Shown: piece after piece, positions 30,071 through 39,447 of the stretch
How positions within the stretch are numbered: the first letter of the stretch is position 1
Layout of the letters: each line of letters begins with the position of its first letter
Origin: Archaeoglobaceae archaeon
Lineage (GTDB): Archaea > Halobacteriota > Archaeoglobi > Archaeoglobales > Archaeoglobaceae
Assembly: GCA_038893835.1 (NCBI GenBank)
Contig: JAWAQR010000001.1
Location: forward strand, 63,382-127,381
Length of the DNA: 64,000 nucleotides
Reading direction: 5' to 3'
Notes under the pieces: generated by a model
The model's input: the letters and a program-made list of their open reading frames with translations, nothing else
The model's database searches: none
What the model was told of the DNA's origin: nothing
Position numbers and translations under genes: made by a program

Positions 30071-30952
30071 GTGATTGAGAACTGGGAAGAATACATTGTT
30101 TTTGAGAGAGAACTTGAAAAATTCGTTGAGGTAGTTGAGGCTAATCCAAAAATCAAAAAAGCTTTGAAATACGTGATTTTTTCAGGAGGAAAGCGTGTAA
30201 GACCCCTTATCGTGCTTTTAAGCGGTAAGATGTTAGGTGGAAGTTATGATATGCTGATGAATCTTGCAATCGCCGTTGAATTAATACATACGGCGAGTCT
30301 CGTTCATGACGATATAATCGACAGAGCAATGGTTAGAAGAAGTAGAAAGCCTCTTCACGTAGAATACGATTTGGCTTTAGCTTTAATTTTTGGCGATTGG
30401 CTGATTTCAAAATCCGTAGAGTTGACAGCCGTTTATGGCAAAGAAGTGATAGAGGAATCTGCAAGAGTTGGAGCTATGATGAGCGAGGGAGAGATATTGG
30501 ATTACTACAGCGTAAAAGAACCTTTTACAGAAAAAGACTACTTCGAATGTATCGAGAAGAAAACAGCTGCTCTTTTTGCTTATTCTGCAAAAACTGCCTG
30601 TAAAATAGTTTCCAATGATGAGGAGGCTGTTAGAAAATTGTATGATTATGGTTACAATCTTGGCATGGCGTATCAACTTGTTGACGATCTACTCGAGTAT
30701 CTAAGGACGCTTAATGACAAAAGTTCGGAATTCGAATCTCGTACACTTCCTCAGATATATGAGGAAAAGTTTGGCAGAGAAATTGCGGTAGAAAGGATCC
30801 TTTCAATGATTAGGGATCTATCGAAAAAGAGTATTTCCAGCCTAAACGGATTTCCTGAAAGGGAAGAAAAGGAAAAATTAAAGATGATAGTTCGTTATAT
30901 GACGGAAGACATCCTGAATAGAAACGGTTTACCTTTTAAGCTTTTTGAATAG
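30071..30952 (+). CDS. trans-Polyprenyl diphosphate synthase
   Basis: GGKRVRP, ELIHTASLVHDDIID..RR, KTA, QLVDDLLE. Confidence 0.9.
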   Translation: MIENWEEYIVFERELEKFVEVVEANPKIKKALKYVIFSGGKRVRPLIVLLSGKMLGGSYDMLMNLAIAVELIHTASLVHDDIIDRAMVRRSRKPLHVEYDLALALIFGDWLISKSVELTAVYGKEVIEESARVGAMMSEGEILDYYSVKEPFTEKDYFECIEKKTAALFAYSAKTACKIVSNDEEAVRKLYDYGYNLGMAYQLVDDLLEYLRTLNDKSSEFESRTLPQIYEEKFGREIAVERILSMIRDLSKKSISSLNGFPEREEKEKLKMIVRYMTEDILNRNGLPFKLFE

Positions 30953-31564
30953 CCTTTCATTGTTCTTGAAAACATTTTCCCAATCCTTTACTCCAGCACC
31001 TTTAAGAATTTTTTCTGCCATTTTATCGTCGATGATGTCAAAGGGGGAATGAGCATCGGTGTTTAAGACAAGGTTAAATGAGTAAATTTCAGCCATCCTC
31101 GCAACATGACCATTTGTCAAACAATGTCCTTCTCTGCTTGTGATCTCGAGGTAAATTCCATTTTCCCTCGCCTTCTCTGCTTCTTCCTCATTCAATATCC
31201 CAGGATGAGCCAGAATGTTTATTTCCTCATCCAATGCTGAAGAATTTGTTCCTGGAAGAACTGGTTCTACAATCGTTTCTCCATGAACCAATACTATTTC
31301 AGCCCCTTCTTTCCATGCTAGCTCTACAGCTCTTCCAATTAGCTTTGGTGGGACGTGGGTTATTTCCACACCTATCAAAAAATCTATTTCGAACTCAAAC
31401 TCTCTTAGCTTTTGCAGATTTCCGAGAATAAGGGGTATGGTTGAAAAGTCTGCATGATCCGTTATCGCAATTCCCTTGTTTCCCTTTGAAGCTGCCCTAC
31501 GTATCAGCTCCGAGGGAATCAACTCTCCATCACTGAAAATTGAATGGGTATGCAAATCGAACAT
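30929..31564 (-). CDS. PHP-domain protein (histidinol phosphatase-like); start re-placed at MFDLH
   Basis: DLHTHS, ITDH, VHGET, LAHPG, NTDAH. Confidence 0.88.
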   Translation of the reverse strand: MFDLHTHSIFSDGELIPSELIRRAASKGNKGIAITDHADFSTIPLILGNLQKLREFEFEIDFLIGVEITHVPPKLIGRAVELAWKEGAEIVLVHGETIVEPVLPGTNSSALDEEINILAHPGILNEEEAEKARENGIYLEITSREGHCLTNGHVARMAEIYSFNLVLNTDAHSPFDIIDDKMAEKILKGAGVKDWENVFKNNERLFKKLKR

Positions 31565-31600
31565 ACAAAAAATTAATAACAGCGATAAATATCTTTTCCC

Positions 31601-31888
31601 ATGGGTAACATTAGAAGGCTTGTCCTCGATGTCCTCAAACCCCATACTCCTTCAGTGGTCTTCTTCGCCTCAAAGTTAAGTGAGCTTGAAAACGTAGAAG
31701 GTGTGAACATCACTCTCTCAGAGCTGGATGTGGAAACCGAGTCGATAAAGATCACGATAGTCGGAACAAACCTCGATTTTGAAGAGATAAAAAACCTGAT
31801 AGAAAGCCTTGGTGGAGTTGTACATAGCGTTGATGAAGTTGTTGCGGGTAAAAGAATAGTTGAGGCTGTTAGAACTGAACAGGATTAA
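31601..31888 (+). CDS. DUF211 protein
   Basis: IRRLVLDVLKPH..GVNI..GGVVHSVDEVVAG. Confidence 0.9.
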   Translation: MGNIRRLVLDVLKPHTPSVVFFASKLSELENVEGVNITLSELDVETESIKITIVGTNLDFEEIKNLIESLGGVVHSVDEVVAGKRIVEAVRTEQD

Positions 31889-31956
31889 CTTTCTCATCTA
31901 CATTTCATAATTAAAAAGCGGACAAATTTTTTATTTCCCGCTATCAACTTCATTCA

Positions 31957-33225
31957 ATGACTTTGATCGAAGAGGCGAGGAAAGGAATAGCGGATGAATT
32001 CGTTAAAGAATGTGCGAGAATTGAGGGGATTGAAGTCGATAAACTTTTGAAGCTCATCGCAAAGGGTTATGTTGTAATACCCAAGAACGTCGTTCGGGAA
32101 TTGGAACCAAGAGCCATAGGCTTGATGGTGTCAACAAAGGTAAATGCGAACGTTGGAACTTCTGAGGAATACATAAACATAGAAGAAGAAGTTGAGAAGG
32201 CAATAGTGGCGCAAAGATATGGAGCGGATGCTGTGATGGATCTTTCCACAGGTGGAGATTTGAGGGAGATAAGGAGGAGAATAATGGAAGTTGTAAAAGT
32301 TCCATTTGGGACTGTTCCAGTTTATGAAGCTGCTAGGGATTGCAGGAAGATCGCTGACATCAGCGAGGACGATTTCATCAAAGTAGTTGAAGAGCAGGCT
32401 AAAGAAGGAGTAGATTTTATGACGATTCATGCTGGGGTCAATTGGATTAGCGTTGAAAGGCTGAAGAGATCGAGAAGACTTTTGGGGATTGTAAGCAGAG
32501 GAGGAGCGATAATAGTTGGATGGATGCTGCAGAATGAGAAGGAGAACCCATATTATCAGAATTTCGATTACATACTCGATATTCTTAAGGAATACGATGT
32601 TACAATAAGCCTTGGCGATGCTTTTCGTCCGGGTTGTATCCATGATGCCGGAGATAGGGCAAAGTATACAGAATTTATAATACTTGGAGAGCTGGTGGAG
32701 AAGTGCAGAGAAAAGGGGGTTCAATGCATAGTCGAAGGCCCAGGACATGTGCCCTTAGATGGCATAGAGCCTACAGTTAAGGCGATGAAGAGCATAACGA
32801 AAAATGCACCTCTTTACCTTTTAGGCCCTCTTGTCACAGATGTGGCAGCTGGCTATGATCATATTGCAGCAGCCATTGGAGCTGCTATAGCCGGAATGGC
32901 GGGAGCAGATTTTATATGCTACGTTACTCCTTCGGAGCATTTAGGTCTGCCTACTGTTGAGGACGTGAAAGAAGGTGTTATAGCTGCAAAGATAGCAGCG
33001 CATGCGATAGATCTCGTTAAAGAGGGACAAAGAGAGAGGGCAAGATTGAGAGATTATGAGATGTCAGTTGCCAGAAAGAATTTTGATTGGGAGAAGCAGT
33101 TCAAACTTTCTTTTGATCAAGAAAAAGCTAGGAAAATATGGGAAAGGAGGAAGGCTAAGGGAGACTATTGCAGCATGTGTGGTGATCTTTGTGCAATAAA
33201 ACTTGTAGAGGAGTTCTTCAAGTGA
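31957..33225 (+). CDS. thiC: Phosphomethylpyrimidine synthase ThiC family radical-SAM enzyme
   Basis: TKVNANVGTS, MDLSTGG, SRGG, EGPGHVP, GYDHI, CYVTPSEHL, CSMCGDLC. Confidence 0.88.
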   Translation: MTLIEEARKGIADEFVKECARIEGIEVDKLLKLIAKGYVVIPKNVVRELEPRAIGLMVSTKVNANVGTSEEYINIEEEVEKAIVAQRYGADAVMDLSTGGDLREIRRRIMEVVKVPFGTVPVYEAARDCRKIADISEDDFIKVVEEQAKEGVDFMTIHAGVNWISVERLKRSRRLLGIVSRGGAIIVGWMLQNEKENPYYQNFDYILDILKEYDVTISLGDAFRPGCIHDAGDRAKYTEFIILGELVEKCREKGVQCIVEGPGHVPLDGIEPTVKAMKSITKNAPLYLLGPLVTDVAAGYDHIAAAIGAAIAGMAGADFICYVTPSEHLGLPTVEDVKEGVIAAKIAAHAIDLVKEGQRERARLRDYEMSVARKNFDWEKQFKLSFDQEKARKIWERRKAKGDYCSMCGDLCAIKLVEEFFK

Positions 33226-33236
33226 TCAAATTTAAA

Positions 33237-33308
33237 CGGGCTCGCCGGGAGTCGAACCCGGATCTGGGGTTCCGGAGACCCCAAGGATATCCGCTACCCC
33301 ACGAGCCC
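33237..33308 (-). tRNA. tRNA-Arg(CCG), no intron, CCA not encoded
   Basis: Reverse complement GGGCTCG..GGGGT-CTCCGGA-ACCCC..CCGGG-TTCGACT-CCCGG-CGAGCCC-G forms a cloverleaf with anticodon CCG. Confidence 0.95.
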
Positions 33309-33365
33309 TTCGTTTGGTTGTTTGCACTGCAAAAATGTTTTATCCTTTTGTAGAAATTCATTTGG

Positions 33366-35945
33366 ATGGATGAAAGATTGAAAAGAGTATTGGAATCTGT
33401 TGGTATTCAAGAATTGACAGACCTGCAAAGGGAATCCTTCGATTTAATTTACTCTGGAAAGAACACGCTAATAGTTGCCCCCACTGGTAGTGGAAAGACG
33501 GAGGCTGCAATGATTCCAATATTTCAAAGAATGCTTGAAAGGCGGGGACCAGGTATTTGCACTCTCTACATAACTCCTTTAAGAGCGCTGAATAGAGACA
33601 TGTTAAGGAGGCTGAGAAGGGTAGCTGAGGCACTTGGAATCAGCATAGATGTCCGTCATGGAGATACAAAGGAAACAGAAAGAGTAAAACAAAGTAAAAA
33701 GCCTCCAGAAATACTTATTACAACTCCCGAAACTTTTCAGATTCTTTTTCTTGGTAAAAAACTAAGAAATGCTCTTAAAAACGTTAGATTTGTTGTTATA
33801 GATGAAATCCATGAGCTTATAGATAACGAGCGTGGAGTCCAGCTGTTTGTCGGCATAGAAAGGTTGAAAGAAATTGCAAGCTTTCAGATCGTCGCTCTAT
33901 CTGCAACGATCAGCGAACCACAAAAAATTGCTGAGATTGTTGGATGCTCGGAAATAGTCAGCGGAGGAGTTGAAAAAGAATACGACTTCAAGGTCTTGAG
34001 GGCTGAAAATAGTGTGGAGTTGATAAAGAAAATCGTAAATTCGCACAACTCAACTCTGATCTTTGTAAATACAAGACAGGCAGCAGAAGCTTTGGGGTTG
34101 CAGTTGAAAAAAGAAATGGAGGTTGAAGTGCATCATGGAAGTCTTTCAAGAGAAATGAGGGTTTCTGCTGAAGAGAGATTTGCAAAAAGAGAACTAAAAG
34201 CTCTGATTTGTACTTCTTCGATGGAATTGGGAATAGATATAGGTCATGTTGATGCCGTTATTCAGTTCAGCAGTCCGAGGCAGGCAATAAGGTTGATACA
34301 GCGCGTTGGGAGAAGTGGACATGGACTGGGAAGAAAGTCGATTGGATATATAATAGCAAACTCTTTTGACGATGTTCTAGAATCTGTCGCGATAATAAAA
34401 AGAGCAAAGAAGGGTGAACTGGAAAAACCTGAGCTTCACATGAAAAGCCTTGATGTCCTAGCAAATCAGATTTGTGCAATCGCTCTTGAATATGGAAGAA
34501 TTGAGGCAAAGAAGGTTTATGAAATTATCAAAAGATGTTATTTCTTCAGAGATCTAAGCTTCGAAGAGTTCGAAGAAGTTTGCAAATACCTGGCAGAACT
34601 TTGGAGAATATTCTACGATGGAAAAGAAATTTCAGCAAGAATGAGGACCAGAAAATACTTCTACGACAACATATCAATGATTCCGGATGAAAAGAGCTAT
34701 AGAGTTGTTGACGTCACAACTGGCAAAACAATAGGGGTTTTGGACGAGAGCTTTCTTTCAACTTTTAGCGGTGAAATTTTTGCGATGAAAGGAGAACTTT
34801 GGAGAGTTATAAGCGTTGATGAGGAGAAAGTTAAGGTCGAACCTGCAAATGTTGAGGGAGAAATACCATCCTGGACTGGTGAAGAAATACCTGTGCCTTT
34901 TGAAGTTGCCCAAGAAGTTGGAAAGCTCAGGAAAATGGTTGCAGATGGCCTCATTTTACCCTTTTGTGATGAAGGGAGTAGAAGAGAGGTTTTTGAAAAG
35001 ATAATGGAACAGATTAAGGAATTCGCTATACCTACGGATGACCATGTCATCATAGAAGGTTCGGATAAAAACGTTGTCGTGAACGTTTGCTTTGGACACA
35101 AAGCGAATGAGGCAATTGGGAGAATTCTGGCTCTCTTGTTATCTTTGAAAAAGGGTTCGAACGTTTCTGTAGAGATAGATCCTTATAGAATAAAGCTATA
35201 TCCTGCAAGTCCTGAAGAAGTCATGGACATCATTTTCAAAGTTGAAAACGTTGAAAGCCTTGCTGAAAGGGCGATAATGGATACAAAGCTGATGCAGTGG
35301 AAAATAGTAAAGGTTGCAAGAAAATTCGGTTTCTTCGACAAGGATGAAGATCTCAGCAGGATAAATTTGAGAAATTTGATCATAAAACTTCGCGGAACTC
35401 CAATTTATAGGGAGGCGCTTAGAGAAATATTCGTTGAAAACTTGGACATTGAAAAAGCGAAGTTGTTTTTTGACGAGATCGGTAAAAGGATAAGGGTAAC
35501 AGTTTACAACAAATTCACCCCTATCGGCCTTGAATCGAGGGAAAGAGTTCCAGATATTCTTCTTGCAAAACCTTCTGAAGCTATTTTAAGAGCTTTTAAA
35601 GAGAAGCTCATGAATGAAGTATGCAGAATAAAATGCGTGAACTGTGGGGCAAGTTATAAGGAAATTGCAAAGAATTTAACTCTCAGATGTATTAAATGTG
35701 GGAGTAGCATGATTGCAGTTGTGAGTGAAAAGAAGAAGGAGCTGGGAAGAGAGGAATCTTTTAGGGTAGCAAATTTGATTGCCAGCTATGGGATGCGAGG
35801 AGTTTATGCGATGCTAACGTATGGAATTGGCTTTGAAACGGCTAAAAGAATTCTGTCAAAATTCTTTGAAAGTGAAGATGATTTTTTCAAGACACTTCTC
35901 GATGCAGAAAGAAATTATATAAAAACTAGAAAATTCTGGGATTAA
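33366..35945 (+). CDS. lhr: Lhr-family SF2 helicase
   Basis: APTGSGKT, TPLRALN, DEIH, SAT, HHGSL, QRVGRSGH, PSWTGE; C-terminal CVNC/CIKC. Confidence 0.92.
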   Translation: MDERLKRVLESVGIQELTDLQRESFDLIYSGKNTLIVAPTGSGKTEAAMIPIFQRMLERRGPGICTLYITPLRALNRDMLRRLRRVAEALGISIDVRHGDTKETERVKQSKKPPEILITTPETFQILFLGKKLRNALKNVRFVVIDEIHELIDNERGVQLFVGIERLKEIASFQIVALSATISEPQKIAEIVGCSEIVSGGVEKEYDFKVLRAENSVELIKKIVNSHNSTLIFVNTRQAAEALGLQLKKEMEVEVHHGSLSREMRVSAEERFAKRELKALICTSSMELGIDIGHVDAVIQFSSPRQAIRLIQRVGRSGHGLGRKSIGYIIANSFDDVLESVAIIKRAKKGELEKPELHMKSLDVLANQICAIALEYGRIEAKKVYEIIKRCYFFRDLSFEEFEEVCKYLAELWRIFYDGKEISARMRTRKYFYDNISMIPDEKSYRVVDVTTGKTIGVLDESFLSTFSGEIFAMKGELWRVISVDEEKVKVEPANVEGEIPSWTGEEIPVPFEVAQEVGKLRKMVADGLILPFCDEGSRREVFEKIMEQIKEFAIPTDDHVIIEGSDKNVVVNVCFGHKANEAIGRILALLLSLKKGSNVSVEIDPYRIKLYPASPEEVMDIIFKVENVESLAERAIMDTKLMQWKIVKVARKFGFFDKDEDLSRINLRNLIIKLRGTPIYREALREIFVENLDIEKAKLFFDEIGKRIRVTVYNKFTPIGLESRERVPDILLAKPSEAILRAFKEKLMNEVCRIKCVNCGASYKEIAKNLTLRCIKCGSSMIAVVSEKKKELGREESFRVANLIASYGMRGVYAMLTYGIGFETAKRILSKFFESEDDFFKTLLDAERNYIKTRKFWD

Positions 35946-36256
35946 ATTTTCAACTCCTTTTTGAGTTCTTCAATTTCAACCTCCAGCTGTGAAAGTTCTA
36001 CAAATGCAAAGTCTTTCTCACTAACTCCAGCAAGTCTCCAAAATAATCTTGCAATCACCGGCATCAATTTTCCAGCATAACCAGGACTGTGAGGTAAAAG
36101 TTTCGCTGCCAGATCTCCAAGCTTTTCGATTTGATTTTTATCTAGTTTTTCAAGTTTTAAGCTAGCTTCTCCAAGTAAAGTTATGGCCGAGCCGAGCACT
36201 TTTTCCCTTAAAGCATAATATTTTGCAGCCTCACTTGAGATCCTGTGTACACCCAT
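35942..36256 (-). CDS. Hypothetical protein
   Basis: 104-aa ORF with ATG start, typical composition and an upstream AT-rich promoter-like region. Confidence 0.7.
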   Translation of the reverse strand: MGVHRISSEAAKYYALREKVLGSAITLLGEASLKLEKLDKNQIEKLGDLAAKLLPHSPGYAGKLMPVIARLFWRLAGVSEKDFAFVELSQLEVEIEELKKELKI

Positions 36257-36359
36257 GATGAAAATCTTATGAAATTATTTAATTTTTTCTGATTTAAATC
36301 TTTAATCTCTTTGTATTAGTTAGTAGAGCAATGTTTATATATCGAAAAAAGTCGGAATT

Positions 36360-37463
36360 TTGATGTTCCCAGAATTTGTAATTGACAAATATAATAGATC
36401 ATTGGAGTTCGTGGCAGAGCTGTGCTTTGGCTGTGGAACTTGTGAGAGCGTCTGCCCAAAGGAAGCAATAGAAATAAAGAGGAACGGAAAGCGGTTCATG
36501 GCAAATATAAGTGATTCCTGCATAGTCTGTGGTGTTTGCGCAGATCTTTGTCCCTATGGAGCCTTAAGGCATGAAGGTGGTGTTTACAGGGAATTCCTTG
36601 ATGAGATGGGGATTAAAAAGGTGGAAGTGAATGAAAAAGATTGCATCCTCTGCGGCCTTTGCATGCGAGAATGTCCAAGGGGAGCGATAAGAGTTGTGAG
36701 AGATGTGGATAAGAAAAAGCTGAGAAAGGGGACTTTTAGAATTAAGGATGGCTGCATAGATTGTAGACTTTGCGTTGAAGTTTGTCCAACGAAAGCTATA
36801 AGCGTTTACAAGGGAAAGCCAATTATAAACTCAAACGAGTGCATTTTTTGTGAGATGTGTTCGAGAGTTTGTCCGATGGATGTCTTGGAAGTTAGATGTG
36901 ACTCATGCAGAAATTTAGCGGACAAAAAATTTGCTCTGAGTGGTAAAGTTGTTGTAAATGAATTCATCTGTTCAACTTGCGGGATATGTGCTGAGATTTG
37001 TCCAAAGAAAGCGATAAAGGTAAACAGAATCTTAAGTGGGGAAAAAAGATGGTTCAAAGAAAGATGTTTCTTAGATTGCACGGTTTGCAGAGATGTATGC
37101 CCAAACTTCGCGATCGGTTACAGTTATAGACCAGAAAAAGTTGTGGAATTCAACGAGAGATGTAACTTCTGTGGAGCCTGTGAGAGATTCTGTCCAGGAA
37201 ATGCCATTGAGATAAGGAGAGAGTTGCTGGTTGACTTGAACTTCAAGTTTAGGAAGATAAGCAGAGAAGGATTGAAAATGATCAAGGTAGACGGGGGCTG
37301 CATAGGTTGCGGAATATGCGCAAGTATATGTCCTGTGGGTAAAGAAATACTGGAAATCGTGGACGGAAAGATTGTGGAAAAGAAAACTGATAACTGCACA
37401 GCCTGTGGATTATGCGTTGAAAACTGTCCACTTGGAATTTTGAACATTTCCGAAATTCAATAA
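36360..37463 (+). CDS. Polyferredoxin with 10 [4Fe-4S] motifs (FwdF-like)
   Basis: Ten CxxCxxCxxxCP-type motifs counted (one variant, CFLDCTVCRDVCP). Confidence 0.88.
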   Translation: MMFPEFVIDKYNRSLEFVAELCFGCGTCESVCPKEAIEIKRNGKRFMANISDSCIVCGVCADLCPYGALRHEGGVYREFLDEMGIKKVEVNEKDCILCGLCMRECPRGAIRVVRDVDKKKLRKGTFRIKDGCIDCRLCVEVCPTKAISVYKGKPIINSNECIFCEMCSRVCPMDVLEVRCDSCRNLADKKFALSGKVVVNEFICSTCGICAEICPKKAIKVNRILSGEKRWFKERCFLDCTVCRDVCPNFAIGYSYRPEKVVEFNERCNFCGACERFCPGNAIEIRRELLVDLNFKFRKISREGLKMIKVDGGCIGCGICASICPVGKEILEIVDGKIVEKKTDNCTACGLCVENCPLGILNISEIQ

Positions 37464-37492
37464 TTTTTTAATCAGAAGTTTAGATTTTTGTA

Positions 37493-37995
37493 ATGATAAT
37501 CGCAGACATGCATGAGCCTGAAATACTGAAGAGAGTTGCAGATAAAGTCGAGGACTTGGCATTCGATTATTGGATCCTTGGTAAGAGATGCCATTATGTT
37601 TTGGAGAGAAAAACTTTCACAGATCTGATCAACAGTCTGATTGGAAAAAACGAGTGCAAAGTTAAGGATAGGATATTCGAACAACTTGAGAGATTGAAAG
37701 AATTTGAGAGAAGTCTGAGAACACTGTAATTTGCTTGAAAATACTCGATGAAAGGGCTGGTGGGGATGTAACAGATTTACCAAGGGTTTCAATTTCAAAG
37801 TCTCTCAGAAATCTAGAAACCAAATCGATCCACGTTCTAATGGCTATAACTGGAGTTGGTGAGAAGAAAGCTCTAAAGCTTTTGAACAGATTTAGAAGTC
37901 TTAGAAATGTCTTCAATGCCAGTGAAAGTGAGCTGAGAGAGTTGTTGGAGATAAATTGGCAAGACGCATCAAAGATGTTCTGGACTATGATTTGA
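37493..37995 (+). pseudogene. Split, internally deleted ERCC4/XPF nuclease
   Basis: IIADMHE..DY..VLERKT..DL..RIFEQL, stop at 37729; tandem HhH (ITGVGEKKALKLLNRFRSLRNVFNAS) in another frame. Confidence 0.75.
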
Positions 37996-39018
37996 GGAGT
38001 AAAAAGTTGATTTAAAGTCAAGAAGCCCTCTTCTGGTAAGCATTGCAATCATTCCAATGTTCCCAAAGATCATTGGATCCCCCTTTGGCTCTTCAAAGTT
38101 TGAAAGCCACGAATTTGGCCCAGTGGCTACAATTTGCTTTACTTCAATTATCTCTCTTACATAGCAGCCATGACCCATGTCATTCAAAACAAAATCATTG
38201 TCTATTTCCCCCTTAAGGAATTTAGAGAAAAATTCGAGAACGTACTCTTTACCTTTCTTCTTTAAAACATTCGTATGATGCTCCACTATTGCCTTTATTT
38301 CCCAGCAATCATCCACAATAGCTGCAGTCGTGTGGGAGTTTCCAAAGTTTATGAGTAAAGCTGGAAGTTTTGAAACGGAAGCAAGTCCAGCAATTGCTGC
38401 GAAGGACGTATCTGTTACGTAAACTTCTGAATCTACGAAATCCTTTACACTCGCTACAGCATTTGCCATTCTATTGAATTCTCTTGGTAAGTTTTTTTCA
38501 TCGAAAAGCAGGTTTTCAAGAAACTTTTCCCTCTCTATTATCCTTCTGAACATCTTGAATCTGAAAATCCTGTTGCTTTCAAAGGGAGAGAAACCATGAT
38601 CTTGGACTGCTATTGCATAAATTTCCGGCATTTCGATTCCAATGTCATGCATCATCCTCAAAAAGAATTCCATGTCGACGTCTGCTGTTTTAATTTTAAA
38701 AGCATTGGCATCCTCAGCTATTATTATTCCCATCTCCTTAACTTTTTCAAGGTTATCTGCAAAGGTTAAAGCAGCTCTTTCAGTTGAGAAAACCTTGTAA
38801 CCCTTTTTAATGTGTTTTAGTACAGCTCTAGTTATCGCCCCTCCACCCATTGTATAGCCATGCAAAAAGATGTCCTCGTTCCTTTTCTCTATTTTTCTCG
38901 CAATTATCCTCGTTGGTGATGGCAATATGGCTTTTGGGCAATTTCTTAAATTCTGTTCTGTTAGCAAGAATAAATCCTGAGTCGTTGAACCTACATCTAG
39001 CGTGAATACAGTTTCCAT
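37969..39018 (-). CDS. DUF1786 family protein
   Basis: LDVGSTTQD, PSPT, GYTMGGG, AVQDHG..SNRIFRF, NFGNSHT, EHHT, GHG. Confidence 0.85.
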   Translation of the reverse strand: METVFTLDVGSTTQDLFLLTEQNLRNCPKAILPSPTRIIARKIEKRNEDIFLHGYTMGGGAITRAVLKHIKKGYKVFSTERAALTFADNLEKVKEMGIIIAEDANAFKIKTADVDMEFFLRMMHDIGIEMPEIYAIAVQDHGFSPFESNRIFRFKMFRRIIEREKFLENLLFDEKNLPREFNRMANAVASVKDFVDSEVYVTDTSFAAIAGLASVSKLPALLINFGNSHTTAAIVDDCWEIKAIVEHHTNVLKKKGKEYVLEFFSKFLKGEIDNDFVLNDMGHGCYVREIIEVKQIVATGPNSWLSNFEEPKGDPMIFGNIGMIAMLTRRGLLDFKSTFYSSNHSPEHL

Positions 39019-39027
39019 AATCGAAGT

Positions 39028-39447
39028 TCATCTTATAGATATAATGTTTGAAAAGTATGCGAAAGAAAAAAGCCCTAAGAATAGTAGTGAATAATTCACA
39101 GCTAAATTATCTGACCTGAAAAGTCCCAGAGCAAACTTTTTGTTTGACAGAGGATAAAATGGAGCAAATTTCTTCTTTGTAAACAAATCTGCAAGAATGT
39201 GCGAAAAGATTCCAGCAAAGATGAATGCAGATACGAGGATATCGTTGAGGAAAAGGAAAAAGATCAGTGCCATGATTAGAGCAAAGGTTATGTTATGTGT
39301 GTACCTTCGATGTTCTACCTTAAGAATTAAGTCTATGTCCGGCAATAGGGAAAAAATGACTGCAATAGAAATTTCTGTAAAAGAAAAGAGAGATAAAAGT
39401 GGAGAAAAAATCAGAAGAGAGAAACCAAGATGTCCAAATCTATTCAT
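39028..39447 (-). CDS. Membrane metal-dependent hydrolase (YdjM/DUF457-like)
   Basis: GH, LPDID, HRRYTH, SHILAD. Confidence 0.85.
   Translation of the reverse strand: MNRFGHLGFSLLIFSPLLSLFSFTEISIAVIFSLLPDIDLILKVEHRRYTHNITFALIMALIFFLFLNDILVSAFIFAGIFSHILADLFTKKKFAPFYPLSNKKFALGLFRSDNLAVNYSLLFLGLFSFAYFSNIISIR

Noticed and set aside
33237-33308. tRNA as the integration site of a mobile element
   Set aside because: No integrase and no duplicated tRNA 3' end seen; both flanks are housekeeping genes
37727-37729. Sec/Pyl read-through of the ERCC4 and FTR stops
   Set aside because: The stops are TAA and come with frameshifts
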